From Promethearchaeota archaeon (GTDB taxonomy: Archaea > Asgardarchaeota > Lokiarchaeia > Sigyniarchaeales > SOKP01), in NCBI GenBank assembly GCA_013375475.1, contig JABXKD010000045.1:1-29837 (forward strand): DNA of 29,837 bases. The letters are read 5' to 3'. Shown piece after piece: positions 1-8,781 of this stretch. Position 1 is the stretch's first letter, and every line of letters begins with the position of its first letter. Position numbers and translations under genes: made by a program. The notes under the pieces were generated by a model that saw only the letters and a program-made list of their open reading frames with translations, had not been told where the DNA came from and made no database searches.

Positions 1-1
1 T

Positions 2-238
2 ATTGACCGAGAAAACAAGCTAAGGGGAATTGTTACAAGTTTTGATATTACAAAAGCAATAGCCGACGATAAGCATAGATTAGATGAAATTATTACAACA
101 CGCGTCATTACTGCTTCTGATAACGATCCGATTGATGTTGCAGCAAGAAAAATGAAAACTAACGAAATATCCGCCTTGCCTGTAGTAGACGATCAGAAAA
201 AAGTGCTAGGAATAATTACATCAGAGGAGTTGATGTGA
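2..238 (+). CDS. C-terminal part (5'-truncated by window edge) of a tandem CBS-domain protein, probably DUF39-CBS L-aspartate semialdehyde sulfurtransferase (MA1821/MJ0100 type)
   Basis: Manual translation from base 2: IDRENKLRGIVTSFDITKAIADDKHRLDEIITTRVITASDNDPIDVAARKMKTNEISALPVVDDQKKVLGIITSEELM*, stop TGA at 236-238. It has two CBS signatures (LRGIVTSFDI; ALPVVD..VLGIIT). The DUF39 identity is inferred only from the adjacent NIL-ferredoxin. Confidence 0.8.
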   Translation: MDRENKLRGIVTSFDITKAIADDKHRLDEIITTRVITASDNDPIDVAARKMKTNEISALPVVDDQKKVLGIITSEELM

Positions 239-239
239 A

Positions 240-632
240 ATGACTATAATAAACTGTACTCTACCATTTGGGATTATTAGAGATATTAATAACTACTCTA
301 AGATTATCAATGAAATTTTAAAATACGATATTACCTTCAACATTTTAAAGTTTTCAACCGATTCAAGTGGAGTTAACTTACTATTAGATGTTCCTGAGGA
401 CAAAATTAAAACTATCACGGAATCTTTGAAAAAAAATGACGTAATAGTGAACAAGAAAGGACGCGTGATAGTATTAGATAGCTGTATAGATTGCGGAGCT
501 TGCATTTCATTATGCCCTACCGAAGCGTTGTACTTCAACGACGATTTCAAGTTAGAATTCGCCTATGAGAAATGTATTGGATGCTTGTTATGTGTAAATT
601 CGTGTCCGCGGTATGCAATTGAAGAAATGTGA
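240..632 (+). CDS. NIL-domain + 2x[4Fe-4S] ferredoxin protein (MA1822/MJ0099 type)
   Basis: N-terminal ACT/NIL-like region (YDITFNILK...LLLDV) and two CxxCxxCxxxCP motifs (CIDCGACISLCP, CIGCLLCVNSCP). Starts 1 nt after the CBS gene stop. Confidence 0.85.
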   Translation: MTIINCTLPFGIIRDINNYSKIINEILKYDITFNILKFSTDSSGVNLLLDVPEDKIKTITESLKKNDVIVNKKGRVIVLDSCIDCGACISLCPTEALYFNDDFKLEFAYEKCIGCLLCVNSCPRYAIEEM

Positions 633-661
633 GTATTATTACGTGGATTTTTTCTCTATGA

Positions 662-1675
662 CTACAGTTGAGTAATAATTTCAAAAATTTCCTCAAGACG
701 AGGAGTTTTTCTCGTTAAAGAAATACAGCGTTCTTCTTCGCAACCTCGTAGAATAGCGATTAATTCGTTAAGATGAATCGTTGGAATTTCTAGCTTTTCG
801 CCGAACCACTTCTCTATATTATCTCTGTACTCTGGTTTACTTAGAGTATAGAGACAAGTTGGGCAAGGCATCAAAAGAAAGTCCGCGCCAACATTTTCAG
901 CGCTTTTCAATTTGTTATAAGTAATTTTAAGAGCTTCTCGCGGATTTATTAATAGTTGGCTAGCGCCCCATCCGCAACAGCTCTCTCTTTCTTGGTAGTC
1001 AACAGGAATTCCTCCAAAAAGTTCGATAAGGTCTTCAAGTTTATTTTTACTTCCCAAATAGCTATCTAGTGTTTTTTTATCCCTGGAAAGATTTAGGTAA
1101 TGACAACCGTAATGAACAGCAACTTTAAGGCCCTTTAAGTCGAACTTTAAGGTGTTTAGAACATCGTTCCGTATAAGATGTAAGAAGTCCAATTCGTGAA
1201 CCAGTTTTAGCTTAGGATTTTCTAAAATTTTGTATATTCCGGGGTATCTTTCACCATCGGATTTCTTGCTGACTGAATTTAAAATTTTTTGAGTTTTAGC
1301 TCTTATTTCAGGATTTTTAAGAAAATCGCGCCCTCTAAGAAGGGAATTGTAGCATCCATTACAACTAAAAAATGCGATATCTGCCTGATGATTCATTTCA
1401 CTAAGATTTCTTTCATTTATCGCGGAAAATTGTGCGCGGGTGATGAGATTTCTCTGAAAAAAAGTTCCGCTGCAGCAGGATTGATTTTGACACGTAATTG
1501 ATTCTAGTTCTAGTTCTTCTAAGAGATCTTGGAAGCCCCATCTTACGCCTGGAAAATATTTTTCCAAACATGCTTTAAACAGACATAATTTTTTTTCTCT
1601 GAAGTAATTTAAAGGGTTTTCAGGGTACTCCTTTTCAATTTCAAGTAAATCTAACGCTAAGCTATTAAAATTCAT
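662..1675 (-). CDS. hdrB: Heterodisulfide reductase subunit B-like protein (two CCG domains)
   Basis: Two Cys-rich CCG domains: FKAC...QSCCSG...SCNGC and HYGCH...ESCCGWG...PCPTC, plus C-terminal IPTIHLNEL. Lies downstream of an hdrC-like gene. Confidence 0.85.
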   Translation of the reverse strand: MNFNSLALDLLEIEKEYPENPLNYFREKKLCLFKACLEKYFPGVRWGFQDLLEELELESITCQNQSCCSGTFFQRNLITRAQFSAINERNLSEMNHQADIAFFSCNGCYNSLLRGRDFLKNPEIRAKTQKILNSVSKKSDGERYPGIYKILENPKLKLVHELDFLHLIRNDVLNTLKFDLKGLKVAVHYGCHYLNLSRDKKTLDSYLGSKNKLEDLIELFGGIPVDYQERESCCGWGASQLLINPREALKITYNKLKSAENVGADFLLMPCPTCLYTLSKPEYRDNIEKWFGEKLEIPTIHLNELIAILRGCEEERCISLTRKTPRLEEIFEIITQL

Positions 1676-1704
1676 TCTATTCTAAAATAATGTGTTTGTT
1701 TCTT

Positions 1705-2226
1705 TCAAGTTTTTTTTCTTTTTGGTTTTTTCTTCTGGTCACTTGCTTTAAATACGTAGTTGATACGTGCGAAGTTGCATATCGCATTTAATTCGTCGAT
1801 TCGCTCCTGTGGCAAATTTTCTTCTAACGGTTCTTCTAACACTATTCCCCGCGTTAGGAATCTCTCTGACATCTCGACATATTTTCTTAAGTCGTTATAA
1901 CGAGGACCGTAGCCTCTCTTAAACGACTCGTTTCTTAGGTTAATAATAAGCATGGGTATATTGATGTTCTCTTTAGGACAAACTCGCTTACACCGCTCGC
2001 ATAAATAGCAATGCCAGATATCAGAATCTTTTAAAACGCTTTTATCTCCACGAAGAACCTTTTGTATAATTTTTCTACTATTAAAGCTAGATACTTTTGA
2101 AGCAGGGCAATCGCCCACGCACTTTCCACACGCAATACACTTAATGATATTTTTATTTTCATCTACATCTTCTACGAGTTCCTCGTAAAATTCCCAATTC
2201 CAATCCTGTTCGGTGTAATCGTCCAT
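1705..2226 (-). CDS. hdrC: Heterodisulfide reductase subunit C-like 2x[4Fe-4S] protein
   Basis: CIACGKCVGDCP and IWHCYLCERCKRVCP motifs typical of HdrC. Ends 29 nt upstream of the hdrB-like gene on the same strand. Confidence 0.85.
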   Translation of the reverse strand: MDDYTEQDWNWEFYEELVEDVDENKNIIKCIACGKCVGDCPASKVSSFNSRKIIQKVLRGDKSVLKDSDIWHCYLCERCKRVCPKENINIPMLIINLRNESFKRGYGPRYNDLRKYVEMSERFLTRGIVLEEPLEENLPQERIDELNAICNFARINYVFKASDQKKKPKRKKT

Positions 2227-2439
2227 TTTTTAAATAAAATCTATTTTTAATTGGAATATTTCAGTTTCTATGAGAGATTAATTGAATATAATTATTAGTG
2301 ATTATAAGATTTATTGATTATATAAATAAATAGGACCGACATAAATACATTTAATTTATGAAGTACATTAGTAAATATTATAAGAAAGCACGAATAAGCA
2401 AAAATCAACAGTATAGAATATTTTTTTGGAGTAAATTAA

Positions 2440-3132
2440 ATGGTATTATATAAAGATGGAAAAGTTTATCTGAAGATAGTGTATTGGGGTATGGGTGGCT
2501 CCGGAAAAACTACCATTCTAAAAACTTTATATAAAATAACCAAGGAAAGTAAAAAAGACATAATTCCGATTGGTGAACTCCAAATAATTGAAAAGGATAG
2601 TGGTGCCACCTTATATTTTGATCGTGGTCTTTTTCAGTCTACCAAGCAAAAGAAGGTTTTTTATAGAGTTTATACTGTTGCGGGTCAAAAAGGATTCTCT
2701 CCTTTAAGAAGAAAGATTTTTGCTAAGACTGAAGATCAAACTGATGCGGTTATTTTAGTAATAGATTCTCAAACGAAATTTTTAGAAGATAATGTTGAAT
2801 CCTTGTTGGAATTAAAGAACATGGCAAGAAATCGATTAATCAACGAAATTCCTGTGATTGTTATGTTGAATAAACAGGATCTTGATGATGTCATAGAAGT
2901 AGAGGATTTTAAACTGGTATTGAAAAACGAAAAATTATGGTTCGAACCAGATAATAAATTATACATTTGGAATCCTCTAATTTACTCTTCTTGTGCGCTT
3001 TATGAGAAGCAAAAGGAGATTTACCGTAGTTTTCATGAGTGTGCTCGGAGAACGGTACTCTATCACATATATGGAGACGGTAAGGCACCATCAGAGGAAG
3101 AAATACTCGATGATTCCATTGTAAACATTTAA
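2440..3132 (+). CDS. Small GTPase, MglA-like (Ras superfamily)
   Basis: KIVYWGMGGSGKTT (G1), TLYFD (G2), YTVAGQ (MglA-type G3 lacking the DxxG Asp), NKQD (G4), SCA (G5). Confidence 0.9.
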   Translation: MVLYKDGKVYLKIVYWGMGGSGKTTILKTLYKITKESKKDIIPIGELQIIEKDSGATLYFDRGLFQSTKQKKVFYRVYTVAGQKGFSPLRRKIFAKTEDQTDAVILVIDSQTKFLEDNVESLLELKNMARNRLINEIPVIVMLNKQDLDDVIEVEDFKLVLKNEKLWFEPDNKLYIWNPLIYSSCALYEKQKEIYRSFHECARRTVLYHIYGDGKAPSEEEILDDSIVNI

Positions 3133-3200
3133 CACGCTTTTTACAATTTATTACCTTATTTATTATTGAGATTAATAATAAATCAAAACGACTTAAAAAT

Positions 3201-4283
3201 TTAAATAACGGTATAATCTAAGATTGACGATTTATCCTTAAGTTGGCTAATCAATAGCTCTAAATGACATAAATATTGATCTAAAGATATTTCTTGGTTC
3301 TTATAACGAGATGGTAATATTTTGATTATGTAGTATGGTGTATATTTAATAAACCGAATATCAGTAAAGAGATATACGTTTCCCTTTGCTTCGAATAATA
3401 TTTTTTTTTCCAATAATTCTTCAAATAATTCCTCTCTATTATTCAGACAGTTAAGACACTCGTTTACAGTTAAATGATTCTTTCTTAGAGTTCTAAGTAA
3501 ATTATACACGCCATTGTCGATTAAGAAATTAACAATTACCTTGCTGTCGATTTCTTGGCTGCAGTTGTAGGTATAGTAAAAATTAACAATTTCTTCTTTA
3601 AAATATTCGGCTGTCTCTTCATCTATTTCTTCATTAGGTAGATGTTTAGGAGGTAGACGCATGTAAGCTAAATCTTTAATTAAGAAATAGCACTCTTTAC
3701 TTCCTGGAAGATTTTTTTTTAGAATTAACTTTTCTCGAAGAAACGATATGAGCAGTAAATCTATATTAATGGTAGAGAAGCCGTATTCTTGTCGTAATAT
3801 ATTACTTAATTCGTTTTTCGAAATTACTCCATTCCGAAGAATCTGTAGTATTGTAACTTTTATCTTTTTTTGAAAAAAAGCGATTAAATCTTCTCCTTCT
3901 AATTTGGTATAGTTTTTTATCGTATTAAACGCTTCAGATATAGCTCTAGTTATTTTATTGGTGTTAATAAGCTCCAATAGGTTTTTCGTAATAACTGCTA
4001 ATGTATCTGAAGAAATAATCTCGCTCACTTTGCTTTTAGAACCGATTATTAACACTAAAAAATAAATTTCACTTTCATATTCTTGGATAACAGATACAAT
4101 GTTTTTTTCGTTTTTTCCTATAATTGCGTTAAGTTCTATTAATGAGTTTTCTTTATTCAATTCGTGTTGAGCCCATATTTTTAGAAATACATCTTTTGAA
4201 GGATATATCCCTTCAGGAGGATACTGAATTATTGGTATTGGCCCAGTACTCTTATTCCAATGAACAATAATTAATCGTTCCAT
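3201..4283 (-). CDS. Longin/uDENN-like domain protein with C-terminal winged-helix-like domains (NPRL2-like architecture)
   Basis: N-terminus LIIVHWNKSTGPIPIIQYP resembles the beta1-beta2 'GP' hairpin of longin/uDENN domains. Two wHTH-like segments follow (ILQILRNGVISKNELSNIL...LREKLI..; LLRTLRKNHLTVNEC...LLEKKILFEAKGNVYL). Confidence 0.6.
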   Translation of the reverse strand: MERLIIVHWNKSTGPIPIIQYPPEGIYPSKDVFLKIWAQHELNKENSLIELNAIIGKNEKNIVSVIQEYESEIYFLVLIIGSKSKVSEIISSDTLAVITKNLLELINTNKITRAISEAFNTIKNYTKLEGEDLIAFFQKKIKVTILQILRNGVISKNELSNILRQEYGFSTINIDLLLISFLREKLILKKNLPGSKECYFLIKDLAYMRLPPKHLPNEEIDEETAEYFKEEIVNFYYTYNCSQEIDSKVIVNFLIDNGVYNLLRTLRKNHLTVNECLNCLNNREELFEELLEKKILFEAKGNVYLFTDIRFIKYTPYYIIKILPSRYKNQEISLDQYLCHLELLISQLKDKSSILDYTVI

Positions 4284-4406
4284 TATAATGTGTCCTTACG
4301 CAATAATAGTAATATAATTGATTTTATCATTCAGAAATTTGTTAAATATATAATAAGATAAGGGAATTCAATAATAAATTCTATTGCCAAAAAAAGTTTT
4401 AAAAAA

Positions 4407-4661
4407 TTAAAATAATTCAGGATAAATATTTTTAATTGATTTTAAGGTATCGATTAATAACTGATTCATTCTGATGTCCTCAGAACAATTAATACACTCA
4501 GTAATACTATTAATAATCTGATTTGCGAGATCTCTATCTTTTTGAGAATATTTAGTCTTCTTAGAGTTAAATAGAAAACTGAACTCTTCTTCTAACCAGT
4601 TCAATTTTTGTATTAAACCGTCCTTTAACGTATTTTCATAATCCGTGGCATGCAAAATCAT
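4407..4661 (-). CDS. Small helical hypothetical protein (84 aa)
   Basis: ATG start, GGGG-containing purine run upstream on the minus strand, amphipathic helical composition, fills intergenic space. Confidence 0.7.
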   Translation of the reverse strand: MILHATDYENTLKDGLIQKLNWLEEEFSFLFNSKKTKYSQKDRDLANQIINSITECINCSEDIRMNQLLIDTLKSIKNIYPELF

Positions 4662-4695
4662 ATATTAAAAACCCCTTTTTTAATATTGAAAATAT

Positions 4696-4728
4696 CCTAC
4701 TATAACTCTAGTAGGTTTTTGCTTTAAA
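4696..4728 (-). promoter_or_regulatory. Palindrome CCTACTA-N6-TAGTAGG next to a TTTAAA TATA-like box upstream of the 84-aa gene
   Basis: Perfect 7-bp inverted repeat at 4696-4702/4709-4715 and TTTAAA at 4723-4728. On the minus strand the palindrome would cover the expected transcription start. Confidence 0.3.
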
Positions 4729-5137
4729 TAATTATGTATGTGAACATGTAGTAGACTTTAAAAAGACATTCTGCTACAATTCTTAAAGATATCCCAATTT
4801 AAAGCATAAAGGATTATAAGAAACTAAAGAAAATTATTAGGATATTAATACAGCCAAAGAATTTTATTAAATTTCGCTGTCCCTAAAGTGATATCTTGTT
4901 ATGGTTTTAGAAAGTTCCCAGATCGATTGAATATTATTAGAATTTATCGCTCTATTGAGATCTTTGTATAATTTTGATAAGGATGTTTGGTCCTCTTTGA
5001 GCAGTTCCTTTCCCTTTATTGAATTATCATTATTATTCATACCTAAAAATCAAATAACAGAAATTAAAAAAATGAATAATATCACAATCATATATATAAA
5101 AAGTGGAAATCGATTAAAAGAAAAAATAGGAATATAA

Positions 5138-6415
5138 TTATTGTTCGAGATAGAAAAATCTCTCTAAATAATATACCCAGACTTGTGAAAAACTGTTTCC
5201 TACAATGAAATCGCTAGCATGCCCTGCGAAAGGAAATGTTAATAATAGACAATCCACACCTTCGTTGTTTAAGGAATTTTTAATTCTTAATGGATTATCT
5301 AAGGAAACTAAATCATCTCTGAGACCTTGATATATTATAGCTGGAGGGTCGCTTGCATCTGCCAGATTGCTCGGAGTAAATTTTTCGAATGCCAAGGGGT
5401 TTGATAATTCATCACCTGGCAGTAGATAAGAAGGAGCAAAATCAGGGGGATACATTGGAACTATTCCTTTTATTTTTAGTGCGTTGCTGAAATTACCTGC
5501 AAAATATGGATCGTTATATCCTAAACCAATTACTCCTGTTAATTGCCCACCTGCTGAACCACCCATTATAAACGCAGAATTTAGATTAGCGTCGTATGTG
5601 CTAGCATATGTTATTTCAAGGAGCTTGGTAAAATTTCCTATTTGATATACCATATCGTGTAAAGTAAAATTACCTAATACATAATCTGGTGTTGGGATAT
5701 AAGAAGCATAACCAGAATCAAACAATCCATATTGGATATCAAAAACAATATATCCTTGAGAGGCAAGATATTTGCTTAACACGAGAGCATTTCCTAAACT
5801 TTTATCACCATATTGCCAACCTCCTCCGTGGATCTTTATTATTATACTACCATTTCCGGGTAAATCTGCAACATTGCCTTTTGGATAAAACACATCAAAA
5901 TAAAGCTTTATCCCATCATCGTCGTAATATAAAATATCGGTTTCAAAATTACAGTCCTTGTGTGGGAATCCCAAGTAATAATTATATAGGTTAAATTGGG
6001 TTGGTAAAAAATAATTATCAGCGGATTGAGGAATTTGAGACTCCCAATCTGATCCGTATGTCATAGCAAACTCATTCTCTGCAGTTTGAATTGAAACTGG
6101 AACCGACATAAAAGGCAAGGCGTTTAAAATTGTTATCGAAAGTCCGATGACCAAAATTGATAGTCTATTCCAATTTTTAAAACGCTTTTTCTGAGTTAAT
6201 TTTAAGAGAAGTAGGGTTGTTGGTAAATACAGAAACATTAGAAAGCCTGTGATTTGGGATAAAAAATAGGAGATTATAAATGTTAGGCTGCTTCTTATTG
6301 GAAATAGCAAAAATATTGTAAAAATTATGCCCACAAACAAAGTGATATAGCATAAGATTCTTAAAAAATGCTTTAAATATTTCACCTTTTTCGATTTATT
6401 CATGCTTCCATGCAC
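5138..6415 (-). CDS. Membrane-anchored alpha/beta hydrolase (HSL-family esterase/lipase); true start probably the ATG at 6403
   Basis: Three N-terminal TM helices, HGGGW oxyanion motif, GGSAGG nucleophile elbow, and GLRDDLV / AGHA completing the Ser-Asp-His triad. Confidence 0.9.
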   Translation of the reverse strand: MHGSMNKSKKVKYLKHFLRILCYITLFVGIIFTIFLLFPIRSSLTFIISYFLSQITGFLMFLYLPTTLLLLKLTQKKRFKNWNRLSILVIGLSITILNALPFMSVPVSIQTAENEFAMTYGSDWESQIPQSADNYFLPTQFNLYNYYLGFPHKDCNFETDILYYDDDGIKLYFDVFYPKGNVADLPGNGSIIIKIHGGGWQYGDKSLGNALVLSKYLASQGYIVFDIQYGLFDSGYASYIPTPDYVLGNFTLHDMVYQIGNFTKLLEITYASTYDANLNSAFIMGGSAGGQLTGVIGLGYNDPYFAGNFSNALKIKGIVPMYPPDFAPSYLLPGDELSNPLAFEKFTPSNLADASDPPAIIYQGLRDDLVSLDNPLRIKNSLNNEGVDCLLLTFPFAGHASDFIVGNSFSQVWVYYLERFFYLEQ

Positions 6416-6845
6416 CTCTAGTATTAACGTTAGTATATGTCATAATGCAGAAATTTAATCCATAAATTGTAGTAATTAGGAACCCCAAAATTATCATTAT
6501 ATTTCCAAGCATTAAGGGAATACCACTAATCATGTAGGTTGAGAAAATTACGCCAAAGACCATAAGAATTATACTTGCGATAAATAAAGCTAGGTAATAA
6601 TAAGATATTTTGTTAAGATGTTTTCCAATCTGAACACTTTTATTTAGAGAGATATCTAAGGTGTAAATAAGAATTCCACTTAAAAGCCAAGAGGAGATTA
6701 AAGTAAAACCTAAGATATCGTATAAAAATAAATTCGCTGGGAAAAAAAAGTAGAAAATTGCGATAGAAAGTGTAACAATATGGATAAAAATCCCTAAATT
6801 ACTCAGATTTTTAATCGCCGCTTTACGATGCTTTTCTTTATTCAT
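6396..6845 (-). CDS. Hypothetical 4-TM membrane protein
   Basis: Four hydrophobic segments; its stop codon overlaps the esterase start, consistent with translational coupling. Confidence 0.8.
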   Translation of the reverse strand: MNKEKHRKAAIKNLSNLGIFIHIVTLSIAIFYFFFPANLFLYDILGFTLISSWLLSGILIYTLDISLNKSVQIGKHLNKISYYYLALFIASIILMVFGVIFSTYMISGIPLMLGNIMIILGFLITTIYGLNFCIMTYTNVNTRGAWKHE

Positions 6846-6902
6846 ATTAAAGTATCCGTTTATGTTTAAATTTATATTAAAAAAAAATACAATTAAATTA
6901 TC

Positions 6903-7727
6903 TTAAGTTTTTTCAGTTTTATCGATTTTTTTTGCGTAATGCTTGCTTATGAAGTAGTAAAGTACAAACATTAGAACAAGAATTGCCAATACCACTAATA
7001 AGATTATATTAAACACTTCTGATTGAGCTCTAATTAACTCAACATCTGTAGTATCAATAGGGGGCGTGAATCCTAGTAAAGCACCCCATACGGAGTAAAA
7101 GAAAGCTCGAAAAATTGAGCCTATTAATGTACCAATTGAATATTTCTTAATATCTATATCGACCAAACCAGATGCGTATGAAATTACATCAAATGATATG
7201 AAAGGAATAAATCTGGATACAACTATTGCTTTAGTTCCATATTTATTAATCAATTTGTCTGCCATAGCAAGTCCACTCTCTCCAACAAATTTTTTTGCTA
7301 AAGGTCTTCCTCCTCTCCTACTTATATAGAAGCACAATAAACTCGCAGCCATTGAACCAATAATTCCCATGATTCCTCCGAAAAACCAGCCCCAGATCAT
7401 CCCAGTAGCTAAGAGAACTACTTCGGACGGGATTGGAACTATTAATCCTTGTATCGCCATAATACCAATAAAAAGGAATATTCCTAAAAATTCTAAAGCG
7501 TAAATTGGATTAACAAACCATTCTGCAACAATTGTATAAACGAACGTCGTATCTATAAAATAATTGTAATATAATATGATGAGGGAAAGCACTACAAGTG
7601 CGACAAACAATACAATATATAGCATAGTCTTTATGCTATACTGAGAAAAATTAAACAGATTTTTGATATATTTTTTAAATTTAAAAGAAAATGATTCGTC
7701 GTTCTTGTTCTCTTCCATGGCAATCAA
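6903..7727 (-). CDS. DedA/VTT (TVP38/TMEM64, SNARE-associated) family membrane protein; start probably ATG 7718
   Basis: IVPIPSEVVLLATGMIWGWFFG, G.MAASLLCFYISRRGGRP and SRFIPFISFDVISYASGL motifs of the VTT domain. Confidence 0.9.
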   Translation of the reverse strand: MIAMEENKNDESFSFKFKKYIKNLFNFSQYSIKTMLYIVLFVALVVLSLIILYYNYFIDTTFVYTIVAEWFVNPIYALEFLGIFLFIGIMAIQGLIVPIPSEVVLLATGMIWGWFFGGIMGIIGSMAASLLCFYISRRGGRPLAKKFVGESGLAMADKLINKYGTKAIVVSRFIPFISFDVISYASGLVDIDIKKYSIGTLIGSIFRAFFYSVWGALLGFTPPIDTTDVELIRAQSEVFNIILLVVLAILVLMFVLYYFISKHYAKKIDKTEKT

Positions 7728-7914
7728 TTCATTTTATATCTATTAAGTGATATCTATGTTAAATTTCTATAATAATTATTATTTTCTTTTTCAATAAATT
7801 AAATACAGTAGTAATAATCAAATTATTTTCAAAAAAACGAGATTATAAAATGAAAAAAAAATAAGTAAATTCTAACTATCAAATTATAGTCATATTGATT
7901 AAAGTTGGCATACG

Positions 7915-8718
7915 ATGTCAAGCATAAAAAATTGGTCGGAAATTAAGAAATTAACCGTAATTTTCTTAATCGTCTGGATTGTTCTCGCTGTGATTTTTGG
8001 TTTTACTGATTTAGCAATTTCGATCTTAGTAGTGGATGAAGCGTCCATTTGGGGAAATTTTGGAGCCGATTACGGAGAAACGCCGGGGTATGCTCTTATA
8101 GCGTTAGCTTTAGCTACGCTACTTGGGAGTCTTTTTACTAATTTGAATTTACAAAAGATCCCAGCTTATGTGGGAATAGTTGTTGGTATATTGTTCACAT
8201 TATTAATAGATGACGAAAGATTTATTAACATAGGATGGAGCTTAATTGTATCACTAGCAGTATATGTAATAATAACCTGGAAAAAAGATTGGAAGAACTA
8301 TAGAAGAATTTCTGGTATTATAGCACTTTTAGCAGTCATTAACCCCCTCTTATTTGTTCAAATTACGAAGATACTATGTGGAAGAATTAGGTTTAGAGAT
8401 TTAAGCCCACCGGGTTATACAGAATTTACTCAATGGTTTTTACCGCCTGGTTTAACTGTGGGAGGGAACTCGTTTCCTTCGGGGCATGCAGCAATGGGTT
8501 GGATGTTTTTACCTATGTTAATCGCGGTGAAGGATCGTAAAAATACTGATCCATTAAGAATACTGACACTTATCTTAGTCATTGGTTGGGGTATGTTTGT
8601 AGGACTTTCTCGTATTGCAGTTGGAGCTCATTACGCTTCTGATGTTCTCTTTTCGACAGGAGCGGCTGTAATCGTCACGATATTCCTATATACAAGATTT
8701 TACAGAAAGCAGAATTAA
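7915..8718 (+). CDS. PAP2-family membrane phosphatase (lipid/polyprenyl pyrophosphate phosphatase-like)
   Basis: C1 KILCGRIRF (Kx6RP variant), C2 SFPSGH, C3 SRIAVGAHYASD; multiple TM helices. Confidence 0.9.
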   Translation: MSSIKNWSEIKKLTVIFLIVWIVLAVIFGFTDLAISILVVDEASIWGNFGADYGETPGYALIALALATLLGSLFTNLNLQKIPAYVGIVVGILFTLLIDDERFINIGWSLIVSLAVYVIITWKKDWKNYRRISGIIALLAVINPLLFVQITKILCGRIRFRDLSPPGYTEFTQWFLPPGLTVGGNSFPSGHAAMGWMFLPMLIAVKDRKNTDPLRILTLILVIGWGMFVGLSRIAVGAHYASDVLFSTGAAVIVTIFLYTRFYRKQN

Positions 8719-8781
8719 TTAAAAACGGGTTTTTTCAAAATTTTATTTATTTTTACACTTAGAAGATGTTCAAAAAAAGTA

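Noticed and set aside
236-285. Selenocysteine read-through of the CBS gene's TGA (Lokiarchaeia are known to use Sec)
   Set aside because: The TGA falls at the natural end of the CBS domain, read-through gives a short meaningless tail ending in TAG that overlaps the next gene, and no SECIS-like element was recognised.
4850-5137. Possible zinc-ribbon remnant (FIKFRCP*) and the 60-aa ORF 4955..5137
   Set aside because: Only one CP motif followed by stops; the ORF has a TTG start and an AT-driven composition. Not enough evidence for a gene or pseudogene.
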